Assembly (NCBI GenBank): GCA_963800895.1
Contig: CAWDDA010000015.1
Location: forward strand, 231,003 to 295,002
Origin: an uncultured Acidobacteriota bacterium
Lineage (GTDB): Bacteria; Acidobacteriota; Blastocatellia; RBC074
DNA: 64,000 nucleotides
Direction of reading: 5' to 3'
Of this stretch, positions 18,225 to 29,558 are shown piece by piece. The position numbers and the translations under genes are program-made. Under the pieces are notes generated by a model. It ran no database searches. It saw only the letters and a list, made by a program, of their open reading frames with translations, and was not told the origin of the DNA. Each line of letters begins with the position of its first letter. The stretch's first letter is position 1.

Positions 18225-19703
18225 TCAATACTTGGGCATACTCGTATCAACCTGATCTGCCCACGCAGTGATCCCACCCTTGAGATTCTGGATCCTGGTA
18301 TAGCCCGCATTTTTCAGCGTCTCGTAGGCCTTTGCGCTTCGGCCGCCCATCTTGCAGTGCAGAACGACGTCTTCGTCCTGACTGATCTCTGAAAGCCGGT
18401 CCTTGACCTGTCCAAGCGGAATGAGGCGCGAGCCATACTTTTCAAGGTTGGCTATTTGCCATTCATGAGGTTCGCGGACGTCGATGATTGTCAGTTTATC
18501 GCCGCGATCGAGCCGCTCCTTGAGACCAGTAACGGTAATCTCCCAGTCATCGGCGGCACCCTCACCGGTATCCTTTCCGGCAGAGGCCGGTTGGGGCGTC
18601 ACTCCGCAGAATTGGTCGTAATCAATCAGCTCTTTGATCGTCGGATTGTCGCCGCAAAGCGGGCACGCAGGATTGCGTCTCAACTTGAGTTCGCGGAACT
18701 TCATTTTGAGCGCATCGAACAGCAGGAGTCTGCCTATCAGAGGCTCGCCCTGGCCGATGATCAGCTTGATAGCCTCGGTTGCCTGAATCACACCGACAAT
18801 CCCTGGAAGAATTCCAAGAACACCACCTTCCGCGCACGAAGGAACGAGACCTGGCGGCGGCGGCTCCGGGTAGAGGCAGCGATAGCAAGGACCTCCAGCG
18901 GCCGGATAAAATACTGATGCCTGACCATCAAATCGGAAGATCGACCCGTAAACATTCGGCTTGCCAAGAAGCACGCTTGCGTCATTGGCAAGATATCGCG
19001 TCTGGAAATTGTCGGTTCCATCGATAATAACGTCGTAATCTTTGACGATATCCAGTGCGTTGTCCGAGCGAAGCGCGACCGAATAGGTATCAATATGGAC
19101 GTGGGGATTGATGTCCGAGAGGCGATCTCTTGCAGAATCAAGCTTGGGTCTGCCAATGTCCTTGGTTCCGTGGAGAATCTGCCGCTGGAGATTGCTTGCG
19201 TCTACGACGTCGAAATCAACCAGGCCCAGCCGTCCAATTCCAGCAGCAGCCAGATAAAGACCCAAAGGTGAACCAAGTCCGCCCGCACCGATCAGTAGCA
19301 CGCTTGCGGCCTTCATCTTGCGCTGCCCCTCCATGCCTACTTCGGGCATGATGAGATGGCGGCTGTATCGTGCAACCTCTTCGTTCGACAACGTCGGGAG
19401 ATCACTCTTCGCTATTTCGTCCTCGGTCGCCACTCCGCCCGCGATCGAAGGAATGATGCTGACCTCATCGTTCTCGGCGATCACGGGGTCAACTTCGCGG
19501 CCATATCGTATATCTTCGTCATTGACGTAAATGTTGACGAAACTTCGCAGCCGGTTCTCATTGTCAAAAAGATGCTTCTTCAGCTCTGGAAACTGAGAAC
19601 TCAAGTCAGCCAGCACTTCGCTCACTCTGCTCCCGCTGACGGAGATCGCTTCCTGATTGCCGGCATACTGTCGAAGTGCTGTCGGTATCGAGATCTTAGG
19701 CAT
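18225..19703 (-). CDS. CysO-like sulfur carrier (ends IAGG) fused in frame to a MoeZ-type adenylyltransferase/sulfurtransferase (ThiF/MoeB plus rhodanese)
   Basis: MPKISIPTALR..FVNIYVNDEDIRY..IIPSIAGG resembles mycobacterial CysO. It is followed directly by EEVARYSRHLIMPEVG, GAGGLG, two CxxC pairs and a rhodanese HCKMGGRS motif. An AGGAG lies 8 nt before the ATG at 19703. Confidence 0.8.
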   Translation of the reverse strand: MPKISIPTALRQYAGNQEAISVSGSRVSEVLADLSSQFPELKKHLFDNENRLRSFVNIYVNDEDIRYGREVDPVIAENDEVSIIPSIAGGVATEDEIAKSDLPTLSNEEVARYSRHLIMPEVGMEGQRKMKAASVLLIGAGGLGSPLGLYLAAAGIGRLGLVDFDVVDASNLQRQILHGTKDIGRPKLDSARDRLSDINPHVHIDTYSVALRSDNALDIVKDYDVIIDGTDNFQTRYLANDASVLLGKPNVYGSIFRFDGQASVFYPAAGGPCYRCLYPEPPPPGLVPSCAEGGVLGILPGIVGVIQATEAIKLIIGQGEPLIGRLLLFDALKMKFRELKLRRNPACPLCGDNPTIKELIDYDQFCGVTPQPASAGKDTGEGAADDWEITVTGLKERLDRGDKLTIIDVREPHEWQIANLEKYGSRLIPLGQVKDRLSEISQDEDVVLHCKMGGRSAKAYETLKNAGYTRIQNLKGGITAWADQVDTSMPKY

Positions 19704-20129
19704 GACCATTGCTCCTGAGTATTTTCTCTTCATCAAACTGCGACCTGTCCTCGCGGACATTCCACGATCGAATATCACGGGCAACACCATTTTGCACCGA
19801 AACGATCAGATATGACCATTCAATGAAAGGTGCGTGTTCAAGATCAAAAGCAGACGGAACCGCGGGATGGTCCGGATGGGAATGATAATAACCCCAGACC
19901 CCGAGACCACGGCGCGTGGCTTCGCGCTCGGCCCTGGCGTATGCGAGCGGATCGAGGGCGACACGATTATGACGGGAATCCTCGCGTACATTCTCAAGGG
20001 GCGCAATCTCTCGAATCACGCGGACCCCATCTTCGAAGACGCCGAGCAGAAGCCCGCCGCATTCCTCCGGGTAGGTTGCTTCACCGTGCTTGCGAATGGA
20101 ATCCAGGCAGCCAACGCCTACGAGGATGC

Positions 20130-20133
<4 letters not shown>
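19696..20133 (-). CDS. mec: JAMM/MPN+ metallopeptidase (Mec-like)
   Basis: EECGGLLLG and HSHPDHPAVPSAFD form the JAMM motif. It overlaps both neighbouring genes. Confidence 0.85.
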
Positions 20134-21074
<941 letters not shown>

Positions 21075-21134
21075 AACAATTAACCATCATCGGTTCAGAC
21101 ATTGGTGCGATTCTAGCCCATAAGTGCCGTGAAT

Positions 21135-22106
21135 TCAAGGGCACGTTGGGCTGAGGACCAAGGTGAAAGCTTGAACTCCGTACTCAGCACTTCTTTCGTG
21201 CCCGAAGTCAAAAAGGGCTGGATGGAGGACTTCTGCGAGGATCTCGAGTGTCTCCACGAGCCGCGGGCCCGGTCGGCTAAAATAGCTATTGCCATCGGCT
21301 ATGACCACCCGGTCTTCTCTTACCGCCTTCAAGTCGGACCACCCTTGAAGTCCTTGCAGATAATCTATTTCGGCTTTCGTTCGTCTCACATCAAAGCCGC
21401 ATGGGGAAATGATGAGCACATCAGGGTCGGAAGCCGCCAGCTGACTCCATTCCATAAAAGGTGAGTGTCGTCCTGCTTCACCAAAGAGGTTCAATCCCCC
21501 GGCCATTTCGATTAACTCGGGGATCCAGTTTCCTCCGGCCATCAACGGATTAATCCATTCAATGAATGCGACTCGCGGCCGAGTCATCGCACTTTCAGCC
21601 CGCTCCTTGATCGCCATCATCCTGTTTTCGAGTTGACTGACCAGCGCTGCCGCTTCCTCGTCGACGCCAAGGGCAACGCCAACTCGCTCGATGTCTGACC
21701 AGACATCGGCGAGAGAGTTCGGCTCGAGTGAGACAATCGCCGGGTTGGATGAAGTCAATTGACAAACCGCCTCTTCGACATCGCGCAGGCTGACCGCGCA
21801 AACCTCGCACTGCGATTGAGTGATTATGTGTGATGGCCTGAGCTCATCGAGCATTCGGGCATCAACACGATAGACGCTCAAGCCTTCCTGAACGATGGCT
21901 TTTACGCGCTGGTCGATTTCATAGCTTATTCCCTCGACATCGAATTTCGGGCTTGTGCAAACGGGGAGGGAAGTGACTGACGCGGGAAAATCGCATTCGT
22001 GAGATCTCCCCACTAAGGCTTTCTCGAGACCAAGAGCACAAACAATCTCAGTGGCACTGGCGATAAGTGAAACGATGCGAAGTGCTGTCATACTGCATCG
22101 TAGCAT
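21135..22106 (-). CDS. BtuF/FhuD-like (Peripla_BP_2) binding-protein homolog without signal peptide
   Basis: RIVSLIASATEIVCALGL, PDVLIISPCG and GPRLVETLEILA are typical of cobalamin/siderophore-binding folds. Confidence 0.6.
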   Translation of the reverse strand: MLRCSMTALRIVSLIASATEIVCALGLEKALVGRSHECDFPASVTSLPVCTSPKFDVEGISYEIDQRVKAIVQEGLSVYRVDARMLDELRPSHIITQSQCEVCAVSLRDVEEAVCQLTSSNPAIVSLEPNSLADVWSDIERVGVALGVDEEAAALVSQLENRMMAIKERAESAMTRPRVAFIEWINPLMAGGNWIPELIEMAGGLNLFGEAGRHSPFMEWSQLAASDPDVLIISPCGFDVRRTKAEIDYLQGLQGWSDLKAVREDRVVIADGNSYFSRPGPRLVETLEILAEVLHPALFDFGHERSAEYGVQAFTLVLSPTCP

Positions 22107-22118
22107 GTAGTACTGTAT

Positions 22119-22188
22119 GGAGTTCAGGCTTTTAGCTTGCTCGATTCGAATACTATCTGTATGCGAGCAAGCTAAAAGCTTGAACTCC
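22119..22188. repeat. nested-palindrome repeat, family A copy 2
   Basis: GGAGTTCAGGCTTTTAGCTTGCTCG pairs with CGAGCAAGCTAAAAGCTTGAACTCC with 1 mismatch. It lies in a divergent intergenic region. Confidence 0.9.
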
Positions 22189-22225
22189 GTACCCGGTACT
22201 CAATCTTGCGATAGTCTTCATCACT

Positions 22226-23170
22226 ATGAAAGAATTGATCCCAATGCTTGAACAGCGCAGGGTTGGTGACAATCTCTGGTTCTACAGTCCGGGAGCGACG
22301 TCGCTCGAAATGCTTGGACGTTATGCTCCGAAGCGATTGGTTCCCGAAGTTCACGATTCAGAAAACGATGTCGGAAGGGCGATGCTCGCTGAGCTCGACG
22401 ACCTGGCACGACAAAAGACCGGAGACCTGGTCATCATCATCCTCGGCGGCCGCGGAGCACAGGCGCTTCACCGGCTCCTCGGTGAACGCGCGCGTACTCC
22501 CTCGAACAACCCGGACGTTGACGATTTGATCCCGCGGCTTCACGTCTTCACACAGGACGGGCTCGCTCCGATGCGCATGGGCAGCAGTCTCAGCTTTGTT
22601 CGCGACTTCGAACGCCTGTTGGGTGATGAATTCTTCCGTCAGGTCAAGAGCTTCACGACAGTCCGCACCGACTCGCCGGATCTGGAGAACGAAGTGCGTG
22701 CATATATCAAGAAACTGGACGCGCTCGGAGGCTCTGACATCTTCTTTCTGGGACATGGCCCTGAAGCCGGCGCTGCATCGCATCTTGCATATATCAAGCC
22801 AGGCTCGGGAGCCACAGCGATCGACGTGGCAGGGTTGATACCTATCTCTTCGAGCATTCTTGAACATCACATTACCAAGTTCAAAGCGGGCGGTACTTCA
22901 GTGAATCCTGATGACGAAGCTGAGTGCCGATCCGCAACTCATATTTTTACGCTTGGTCCGGCTGCAATTCTCAGCTCAAGACGTATTGTGCAGTCAATCG
23001 TGGACGCGGAGACGGCGCCGGCAAAGCGCGCCAGTTACCGGCGGGTCCTCGAAACTGAACTGTCGAAGGATCTTAAAGCGCTCGAATCACAACTTGACGA
23101 AAACCCGGGACTCTGGGTGCGGCTTCATCCCAATGTGCGGTCGCTTGTGCTTCCCAACGTGATTGAGTAG
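22226..23170 (+). CDS. glucosamine-6-phosphate deaminase / 6-phosphogluconolactonase-fold protein
   Basis: LVIIILGGRGAQ and DIFFLGHGPEAGAASHLAY resemble the NagB/Pgl family. Confidence 0.5.
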   Translation: MKELIPMLEQRRVGDNLWFYSPGATSLEMLGRYAPKRLVPEVHDSENDVGRAMLAELDDLARQKTGDLVIIILGGRGAQALHRLLGERARTPSNNPDVDDLIPRLHVFTQDGLAPMRMGSSLSFVRDFERLLGDEFFRQVKSFTTVRTDSPDLENEVRAYIKKLDALGGSDIFFLGHGPEAGAASHLAYIKPGSGATAIDVAGLIPISSSILEHHITKFKAGGTSVNPDDEAECRSATHIFTLGPAAILSSRRIVQSIVDAETAPAKRASYRRVLETELSKDLKALESQLDENPGLWVRLHPNVRSLVLPNVIE

Positions 23171-23198
23171 AACACCTGAAGCTGAAAGGGAAAAAAAG

Positions 23199-24773
23199 AT
23201 GTCAACTGTTCTCAATCGACTGCTCACCTCGCAAGGACTCGAGCCCCATCTCACTGAAACTGACCAGACCGCGGTTGTGAGCGACCTCGAGATACTCTCG
23301 GGCCTTCGAGTCTATCCGCGCTCTATTACCGCAAAGGATGGGTCTATATTCTTTCTTGGTGATCGCGATGGGACAAAACTGCTTGCCTGTCTTTCGAAAG
23401 GTCAGGGGCTTGCACAGAACATCCCGGGCGAGTCGATGAAGGTCGAAGCAGATGGTGACGAACTTTCACTAAGGTTATGCGCGACGTCTGACGCTGCAGC
23501 AAACGGACTTCGAGGTATCCTGCCCTGGCTTGTACCTAAAACCCTGGGTCTTGCGAAGTCGGCAGGTTGTGGAGACAGGCTTGGGCTTGCGACGCCGGGA
23601 CACGTCAGAGCAATCCGTCGCTCATCAATGGCGCCCATCTTTGCTCAGCAGTCGATTCGCGAGAACGCGCGCACCGGGCGTACACCGCAGCAGGTAATGG
23701 ACGAAGCCCTGTGGGGCGTCTTTCAGGAGGGCTGGCGAGAGGGATTTGGCGCCGATGCCGACCATTTGAAGAATACGGACGACATCGATGCCTGCGCGAC
23801 GGCCGGCTATACTTTCTACACCATTGACCCGGGCGAGTATGTAGATAACGAAGCCAACACCGCTCCCGTTGAGACTCTAAGACAAAAGGTGGCGGCGCTT
23901 CCATGGGGCGAGCTCGAGACGACATGGGATGAAGTCAGGTCGCAGCTTGGCAACGGCCCGATCGGACTTGGCTCTATTCAGCTGGAGATCAATGAGGAAC
24001 AGCTGCTGAGAGCTACGGCAAAGTATGGCCGCGTCGTGGCGCATACCGCGAAAATGTACCGCCATCTCGAAAGGGTGATGGGTGAAAAGGACTTTGAGCT
24101 GGAAATGAGCGTTGACGAAACTGAAACCGTAACAACTCTTGCGGAGCATGTTTTTATTGCGCATGAGCTCAAGCGCCTTGGGGTCAAGTGGGTCAGCCTT
24201 GCTCCGAGATATGTCGGAGACTTCGAGAAAGGGGTCGACTATATCGGAGATGTTGGAGCGTTTGAGAAATCGTTTGCGGAACATCTGGCAGTCGCCGAGA
24301 CGTATGGTCCATACAAGTTAAGCCTGCACTCTGGATCTGACAAATTCAGAATCTATCCCATTGCCGGGCGCCTGGCTGGTAACCTCGTACATCTGAAGAC
24401 GGCCGGCACCAGTTATCTCGAGGCTCTGAGAGCAATTGGAAAAACAAACGCAGGACTCTTTCGAGAGATCGTTTCGTTTGCTCGCGAGCGTTATCCCATC
24501 GATCGCGCAACCTATCATGTGTCAGCTGAAGTTGAGAAGATGTCGGATATTTCATCGTGGTCTGATGATCAGCTGACGGATCTGTTGAATGACTTTCACG
24601 CGCGCGAAATCCTGCACGTCACTTTCGGGTCGGTCCTTCACCATCCGGCATTTCGCGAGCGGTTCTTTGCAACCCTTCGCGAAAACGAGGAAACGTATGC
24701 CGAAATGATCGAAACTCACTTCGCAAAACATTTCGCCGGATTCGAAGAAACAAACGCCGTCCGAGGCATGTAG
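23199..24773 (+). CDS. uxaE: tagaturonate/fructuronate epimerase (UxaE family)
   Basis: GDRLGLATPGHVRA, PIFAQQSIRENARTGRT, GFGADADHLK, SVDETET, SLHSGSDKF and LKTAGTSYLEA match my recollection of Thermotoga UxaE. Confidence 0.8.
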   Translation: MSTVLNRLLTSQGLEPHLTETDQTAVVSDLEILSGLRVYPRSITAKDGSIFFLGDRDGTKLLACLSKGQGLAQNIPGESMKVEADGDELSLRLCATSDAAANGLRGILPWLVPKTLGLAKSAGCGDRLGLATPGHVRAIRRSSMAPIFAQQSIRENARTGRTPQQVMDEALWGVFQEGWREGFGADADHLKNTDDIDACATAGYTFYTIDPGEYVDNEANTAPVETLRQKVAALPWGELETTWDEVRSQLGNGPIGLGSIQLEINEEQLLRATAKYGRVVAHTAKMYRHLERVMGEKDFELEMSVDETETVTTLAEHVFIAHELKRLGVKWVSLAPRYVGDFEKGVDYIGDVGAFEKSFAEHLAVAETYGPYKLSLHSGSDKFRIYPIAGRLAGNLVHLKTAGTSYLEALRAIGKTNAGLFREIVSFARERYPIDRATYHVSAEVEKMSDISSWSDDQLTDLLNDFHAREILHVTFGSVLHHPAFRERFFATLRENEETYAEMIETHFAKHFAGFEETNAVRGM

Positions 24774-24783
24774 GACCGCCTTC

Positions 24784-25638
24784 ATGCGGAATCCTCTTGA
24801 TCACATGGACATTACGAAGGCCTACGATTTCACTGATCGGACCGTGGTCGTCACCGGGGGAACGGGTATCCTTTGCAGCGCAATGGTGCGAGCTTTGGTG
24901 AGGTGTGGGGCAAATGTAGCCGTACTCGCGCGCAACATTGACAAGGCTGAAGGTCTAGTCCGTTCGCTCATGGCCGGCGAAAAGGGGAATGGTAAGGCAG
25001 AAGCGGTCAAGGGTGATGTTCTCGACAAGGAAGCTCTCGCGCGGGCTGCAGACGAGATCATGTCACGGTTCGGTACGATCCACGCCCTTATTAATGGAGC
25101 GGGTGGAAACAGTGCGCAGGCAACCACGGGGCCAGACCAGACATTCTTTGATCTTCCGGAAGAAGGTCTCCGCTATGTATTTGACCTGAACTTTGTCGGT
25201 ACTGTCTTGCCGACGCAGGTCTTTGGCAGGCGAATGGCGGAGCAAGGTGATGGCGTGATTCTTAACATCTCATCAATGAGCGCCATCAAACCTTTGACAC
25301 GTGTGATCAGTTATTCCGCGGCGAAGGCAGCAATCGACAATTTTACGCAGTGGCTGGCAGTTTATCTTGCACGCGAATACTCACCAGGACTGCGAGTCAA
25401 TGCCGTCGCACCCGGTTTTTTCGTGACTGAGCAGAATCGCAATCTACTTGTAGATGAGGCATCGGGAAATCTGACAGAGCGCGGCGAGAGTATCATTGCG
25501 CACACTCCAATGGGGCGTTTTGGCAATCCCGAGGACCTTATAGGTGCCGTTCTCTGGCTGTTGTCGCCCGCTTCATCCTTCGTTACGGGCGTAGTTGTTC
25601 CCGTCGACGGCGGGTTCACGGCTTTCAGTGGAGTATAG
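24784..25638 (+). CDS. short-chain dehydrogenase/reductase (possible sugar-acid reductase)
   Basis: TGGTGILC Rossmann motif and a YSAAKAA catalytic motif. Confidence 0.8.
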   Translation: MRNPLDHMDITKAYDFTDRTVVVTGGTGILCSAMVRALVRCGANVAVLARNIDKAEGLVRSLMAGEKGNGKAEAVKGDVLDKEALARAADEIMSRFGTIHALINGAGGNSAQATTGPDQTFFDLPEEGLRYVFDLNFVGTVLPTQVFGRRMAEQGDGVILNISSMSAIKPLTRVISYSAAKAAIDNFTQWLAVYLAREYSPGLRVNAVAPGFFVTEQNRNLLVDEASGNLTERGESIIAHTPMGRFGNPEDLIGAVLWLLSPASSFVTGVVVPVDGGFTAFSGV

Positions 25639-26913
25639 ATGACTATCGGGGCAGGGTTTGAAGACCGGCTTCTCGAGGACAGCGAAGTCCATGAGTTTAT
25701 CAGGCGCGCATTTGACGTGCCTTCAATGAACACCCTCCGCATAATTGTCATTTTGCCCGATGGCACGCGTACGGCACCTGTACCGCTTATGTTCCGCGAG
25801 CTCAATCACGCACTCGGCAAGCGCGTAGCCGCGCTCGATTTCCTGATTGCGCTCGGTACTCATCAGCCAATGTCTCAAGATGCGATCAATGCGCATCTTG
25901 GAATAACCAGCGAAGAGCGGAGAACCACTTACGGGCGTTCGCAGATTGTCAACCATCAGTGGGATGACCCGAATACTTTCACGACACTTGGACGTATCTC
26001 AGCCGAGGAAATAGGCGAGTTGACCGGCGGTATTCTTGAAGACCCGGTAGACGTCCGCCTCAACAAGATGGTGCTCGACTACGATCTCATAGTCATTTGC
26101 GGGCCGACGTTTCCGCACGAAGTGGTCGGATTCTCAGGTGGCAACAAGTATTTTTTTCCGGGAATTGGCGGCTCCGAAGTGATCAATTTTTCGCACTGGC
26201 TGGGCGCGCTTATCACAAGTTATGAAACGATCGGATCGAAATATACGCCCGTTCGCAGAGTAATCGACCGGGCTGCGTCATTCATTACAAAGCCGAAACT
26301 ATGCATAAGCATGGTGGTCAAGTCTGGCGGTCTTGCAGGTCTTTTTATCGGTTCTCCCGAAGAAGCCTACTCTGACGCTGCTGATCTTTCAGCGAAGTTG
26401 CACGTCCGCTGGGTCGAAAGACCATTTCAGAAGATCCTTTCGGTTATGCCTCCGATGTACGCTGACCTCTGGACAGCAGCGAAGGGAATGTACAAGCTTG
26501 AGCCGGCAGTTGCAGACGGCGGCGAAGTGATCATTTATGCGCCTCACCTGGACGAGGTCAGCTATACCCACGGACGCTATCTCGACGAGATCGGATACCA
26601 TGTCAGGGATTACTTTCTAAAGCAGTGGGAGCGGTTCAAAGATTATCCAGGCGGTGTTCTTGCCCACAGCACCCATCTCAAGGGTGTTGGAGAGTATGAT
26701 GTCGGGACGGGAATCGAGACACCGCGCATCAATGTCACGCTTGCGACGAAGATCCCGGAGGATCGCTGCCGCCGATTGAATCTGGGCTACCTCGACCCTG
26801 ACTCGATTGATCTACGGGATTGGGAAGGTCGGGAGGACCAGGGTGTCCTCTTTGTTCCACGCGCCGGCGAAATGCTCTACCGCGTCTCCGAGGTACGTTG
26901 TACCGGCTTATAG
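25639..26913 (+). CDS. LarA-like nickel-pincer-dependent 2-hydroxyacid racemase/epimerase family protein
   Basis: ALGTHQPM, TFPHEVVGFSGGNKYFFPG and SHWLGA correspond to the LarA catalytic His/His/Lys/His positions. The last ~7 codons lie in repeat B2. Confidence 0.75.
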   Translation: MTIGAGFEDRLLEDSEVHEFIRRAFDVPSMNTLRIIVILPDGTRTAPVPLMFRELNHALGKRVAALDFLIALGTHQPMSQDAINAHLGITSEERRTTYGRSQIVNHQWDDPNTFTTLGRISAEEIGELTGGILEDPVDVRLNKMVLDYDLIVICGPTFPHEVVGFSGGNKYFFPGIGGSEVINFSHWLGALITSYETIGSKYTPVRRVIDRAASFITKPKLCISMVVKSGGLAGLFIGSPEEAYSDAADLSAKLHVRWVERPFQKILSVMPPMYADLWTAAKGMYKLEPAVADGGEVIIYAPHLDEVSYTHGRYLDEIGYHVRDYFLKQWERFKDYPGGVLAHSTHLKGVGEYDVGTGIETPRINVTLATKIPEDRCRRLNLGYLDPDSIDLRDWEGREDQGVLFVPRAGEMLYRVSEVRCTGL

Positions 26914-26979
26914 CCGGAATGGTTACTTCCACACCTTCTTCAAGTAACAATTCCGGCTACAAGCCGGTACAACATGCCT
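26891..26979. repeat. nested-palindrome repeat, family B copy 2
   Basis: AGGTACGTTGTACCGGCTTATAGCCGGAAT pairs with ATTCCGGCTACAAGCCGGTACAACATGCCT. The stem continues into the loop (GTTACTT/AAGTAAC). Confidence 0.9.
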
Positions 26980-27000
26980 TGAACGTACCGTTCAATACAT

Positions 27001-28329
27001 ATGGAAGCTCTCACGCTGCATCGCCTGCATTTTGCCTTCACTATTACCTTTCACTATCTCTTTCCTCAGATCACGATGGGCCTGGCGCTCTTGATTGTCA
27101 TTCTCAAGACGCTATACCTCAGGAAGGGCGACGAAAAGTACAACAAGGCAGCGCGATTCTGGGCGAAGATCTTTGGGATCAGCTTTGTCTTCGGCGTGAT
27201 CACAGGTATCCCTATGGAGTTCCAGTTTGGAACAAACTGGGCGCGGTTTTCGACTTTCGCTGGAGGGGTGATCGGGCAGACGCTGGCTATGGAGGGAACG
27301 TTTGCCTTCTTTCTCGAGTCGGCGTTTCTCGGGCTCTTCCTTTATGGCGAGAAAAGACTCGGACGCCTGGGACATTGGTTCGCGGCGCTCATGGTCTTCA
27401 TAGGAGCATGGCTTTCGGGTTACTTCATTATTGCCACAAATGCCTGGATGCAGCACCCGGTGGCGTATGTTGTTGCAGCGGATGGGACAGTTCACGTTTC
27501 TGATTTCTGGGCTTTGCTCTTCAATTCGTGGGCCTTCTGGCAGTATCTGCACAACATGGGAGGCGCGGTCGTAACAGGATCGTTCTTCATGGCCGCCGTG
27601 GGAGCATTTTATGTTTTGAGGAGGGATCAGCACGATTACGGAAGGCTGTTCCTGCGGCTTGGGATATCAGCAGCGTTTGCAGCTTCAATCTGGCAGTTGT
27701 TTCCAACGGGAGACCGGCAGGGTCAGTTACTTGCTAAACACCAGCCGGTAACCCTCGCGGCAATGGAGGGTTTGTTCAAGACAGAGTCTGGAGCGCCGCT
27801 TGCTCTCGTCGGCCAACCAAACACCGATCAGGAAAGGCTGGACAACCCTCTATTCATTCCCAGGGCACTCAGTTTCCTCACTCATCGCCGCTGGAATGCG
27901 GAGGTGAAAGGGCTCGATGCGTTTCCTCGAGATGAATGGCCCGACAACATTCCGCTCCTTTATTACAGCTATCACATCATGGTCGGGCTCGGAACGATCT
28001 TTATCGCAATCACTTCACTGGCGATGTTTCAAATGTGGCGAAAGAAGCTCGAAGTGTCTCGTGCTCTGCTCTGGGTGATAATGCTAACGTTTCCGTTTCC
28101 ATTTATCGCCAACACCGCGGGCTGGACTACTGCAGAGCTCGGTCGCCAGCCATGGCTTGTATTCCAGCTGCTGCGCACAGCAGATGGGGCTTCAATGAAC
28201 GTGTCTTCCGGCAATGCGCTGTTTTCGCTGATCGGCTTCATGGGTATGTATACCGTGCTTTCGATTCTCTTCGTGTTGCTGATCTGGCGAGACATCCATC
28301 ATGGTCCGGAACATGGGACGGATCATTAG
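27001..28329 (+). CDS. cydA: cytochrome bd ubiquinol oxidase subunit I
   Basis: FHYLFPQ, GIPMEFQFGTNW and the GRQPW motif. Confidence 0.95.
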   Translation: MEALTLHRLHFAFTITFHYLFPQITMGLALLIVILKTLYLRKGDEKYNKAARFWAKIFGISFVFGVITGIPMEFQFGTNWARFSTFAGGVIGQTLAMEGTFAFFLESAFLGLFLYGEKRLGRLGHWFAALMVFIGAWLSGYFIIATNAWMQHPVAYVVAADGTVHVSDFWALLFNSWAFWQYLHNMGGAVVTGSFFMAAVGAFYVLRRDQHDYGRLFLRLGISAAFAASIWQLFPTGDRQGQLLAKHQPVTLAAMEGLFKTESGAPLALVGQPNTDQERLDNPLFIPRALSFLTHRRWNAEVKGLDAFPRDEWPDNIPLLYYSYHIMVGLGTIFIAITSLAMFQMWRKKLEVSRALLWVIMLTFPFPFIANTAGWTTAELGRQPWLVFQLLRTADGASMNVSSGNALFSLIGFMGMYTVLSILFVLLIWRDIHHGPEHGTDH

Positions 28330-28347
28330 ACAGGGAATATTTCGAAG

Positions 28348-29472
28348 ATGGAGACCTTCTGGTTCTGCGCCATCGCATTCATGTCGACTGCTTACGTTGT
28401 GCTCGACGGGTTTGACCTCGGTGCGGGCGCGATTCTTCATTTCATTGCGCGATCGGAGCGCGAGCGGCGGAGTGTGTTTGACGCTATCGGCCCTGTTTGG
28501 GACGGAAACGAGGTGTGGCTGGTTGCCGCCGGAGGTACTCTCTTTTTTGCCTTCCCGGTTGTCTATGCTTCGAGCTTCAGCGGTTTCTATTTGCCACTGA
28601 TGATGGTTCTCTGGCTGCTCATGCTTCGGGGAATCGGAATCGAGCTGCGGCACCACATCGATCACGAAATGTGGCGATCATTGTGGGACGTTGTCTTTTC
28701 AGGAGCTAGTCTGCTGCTGACGTTGTTCCTGGGTGTAGCCCTGGCCAACGTGATTCGCGGAGTACCGCTTGACGCAGCGAAGCAGTTCTTCGAGCCACTC
28801 TGGACCGACTTTCGCGTAGGCACAACTACAGGAATACTGGACTGGTATACCGTAATTGCAGGTGTTGTCGCCGTGGTGGCTCTTTCGATTCACGGCGCCC
28901 ACTTTATTGCCGCCAAGACAACCGGCCCGATTAATCAACGTGCTCGCTCACTGGCATCGGCCGGATGGTGGATGCTGGTTGTGGTAACTGGTGTCAGTCT
29001 TGTAGCGACGCTTAGCGTCAGATCTCAGATTCGCGAGAACTTTCAGTCACGGCCCTGGTTTGTATTGTTTCCAGCTATTGTCATTATCAGCCTGGGGGCG
29101 ATGAAATATTTTCAAAGAGCAAATCGTGAATGGCCCGCCTTCTATTCCTCAGCAGGTTACCTTGCCGGGATGCTTCTCGGCGGTGCTGCTGGTCTTTATC
29201 CGGCGCTTTTGCCGGCGATCAGCGATCCCGCGCTGGACCTCACGATCTACAACTCACAGGCTGGCGAATATGGATTGCGTGTGGGAACAATCTGGTGGTC
29301 GATTGGTATCGTACTGGCGATTGGGTATTTCATTTATGTTTACAGCTCGGTTCGGGGAAAAGTAACTGTCGAACCCCGGACCGTCCCGGCGTCTCTCCTT
29401 CAACCGGAGTTCGTGAAAAGGAAGAGCCGGTCTGAGGCAGCAGTACTTTCAAGCACCTATTCCCCAAAATAG
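28348..29472 (+). CDS. cydB: cytochrome bd ubiquinol oxidase subunit II
   Basis: DGFDLGAG and WDGNEVWL motifs; it follows cydA. Confidence 0.9.
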   Translation: METFWFCAIAFMSTAYVVLDGFDLGAGAILHFIARSERERRSVFDAIGPVWDGNEVWLVAAGGTLFFAFPVVYASSFSGFYLPLMMVLWLLMLRGIGIELRHHIDHEMWRSLWDVVFSGASLLLTLFLGVALANVIRGVPLDAAKQFFEPLWTDFRVGTTTGILDWYTVIAGVVAVVALSIHGAHFIAAKTTGPINQRARSLASAGWWMLVVVTGVSLVATLSVRSQIRENFQSRPWFVLFPAIVIISLGAMKYFQRANREWPAFYSSAGYLAGMLLGGAAGLYPALLPAISDPALDLTIYNSQAGEYGLRVGTIWWSIGIVLAIGYFIYVYSSVRGKVTVEPRTVPASLLQPEFVKRKSRSEAAVLSSTYSPK

Positions 29473-29543
29473 TTTGAGTTCAAGCTTTAGCTTGTGGTTA
29501 CGAGCTCTAGTGATAAGAGCGAGCTAAAGCTTGAACTCCAAAC
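29472..29543. repeat. nested-palindrome repeat, family A copy 3
   Basis: GTTTGAGTTCAAGCTTTAGCT pairs with AGCTAAAGCTTGAACTCCAAAC, between convergent genes. Confidence 0.9.
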
Positions 29544-29558
29544 CGGACCCCTGCTTCT

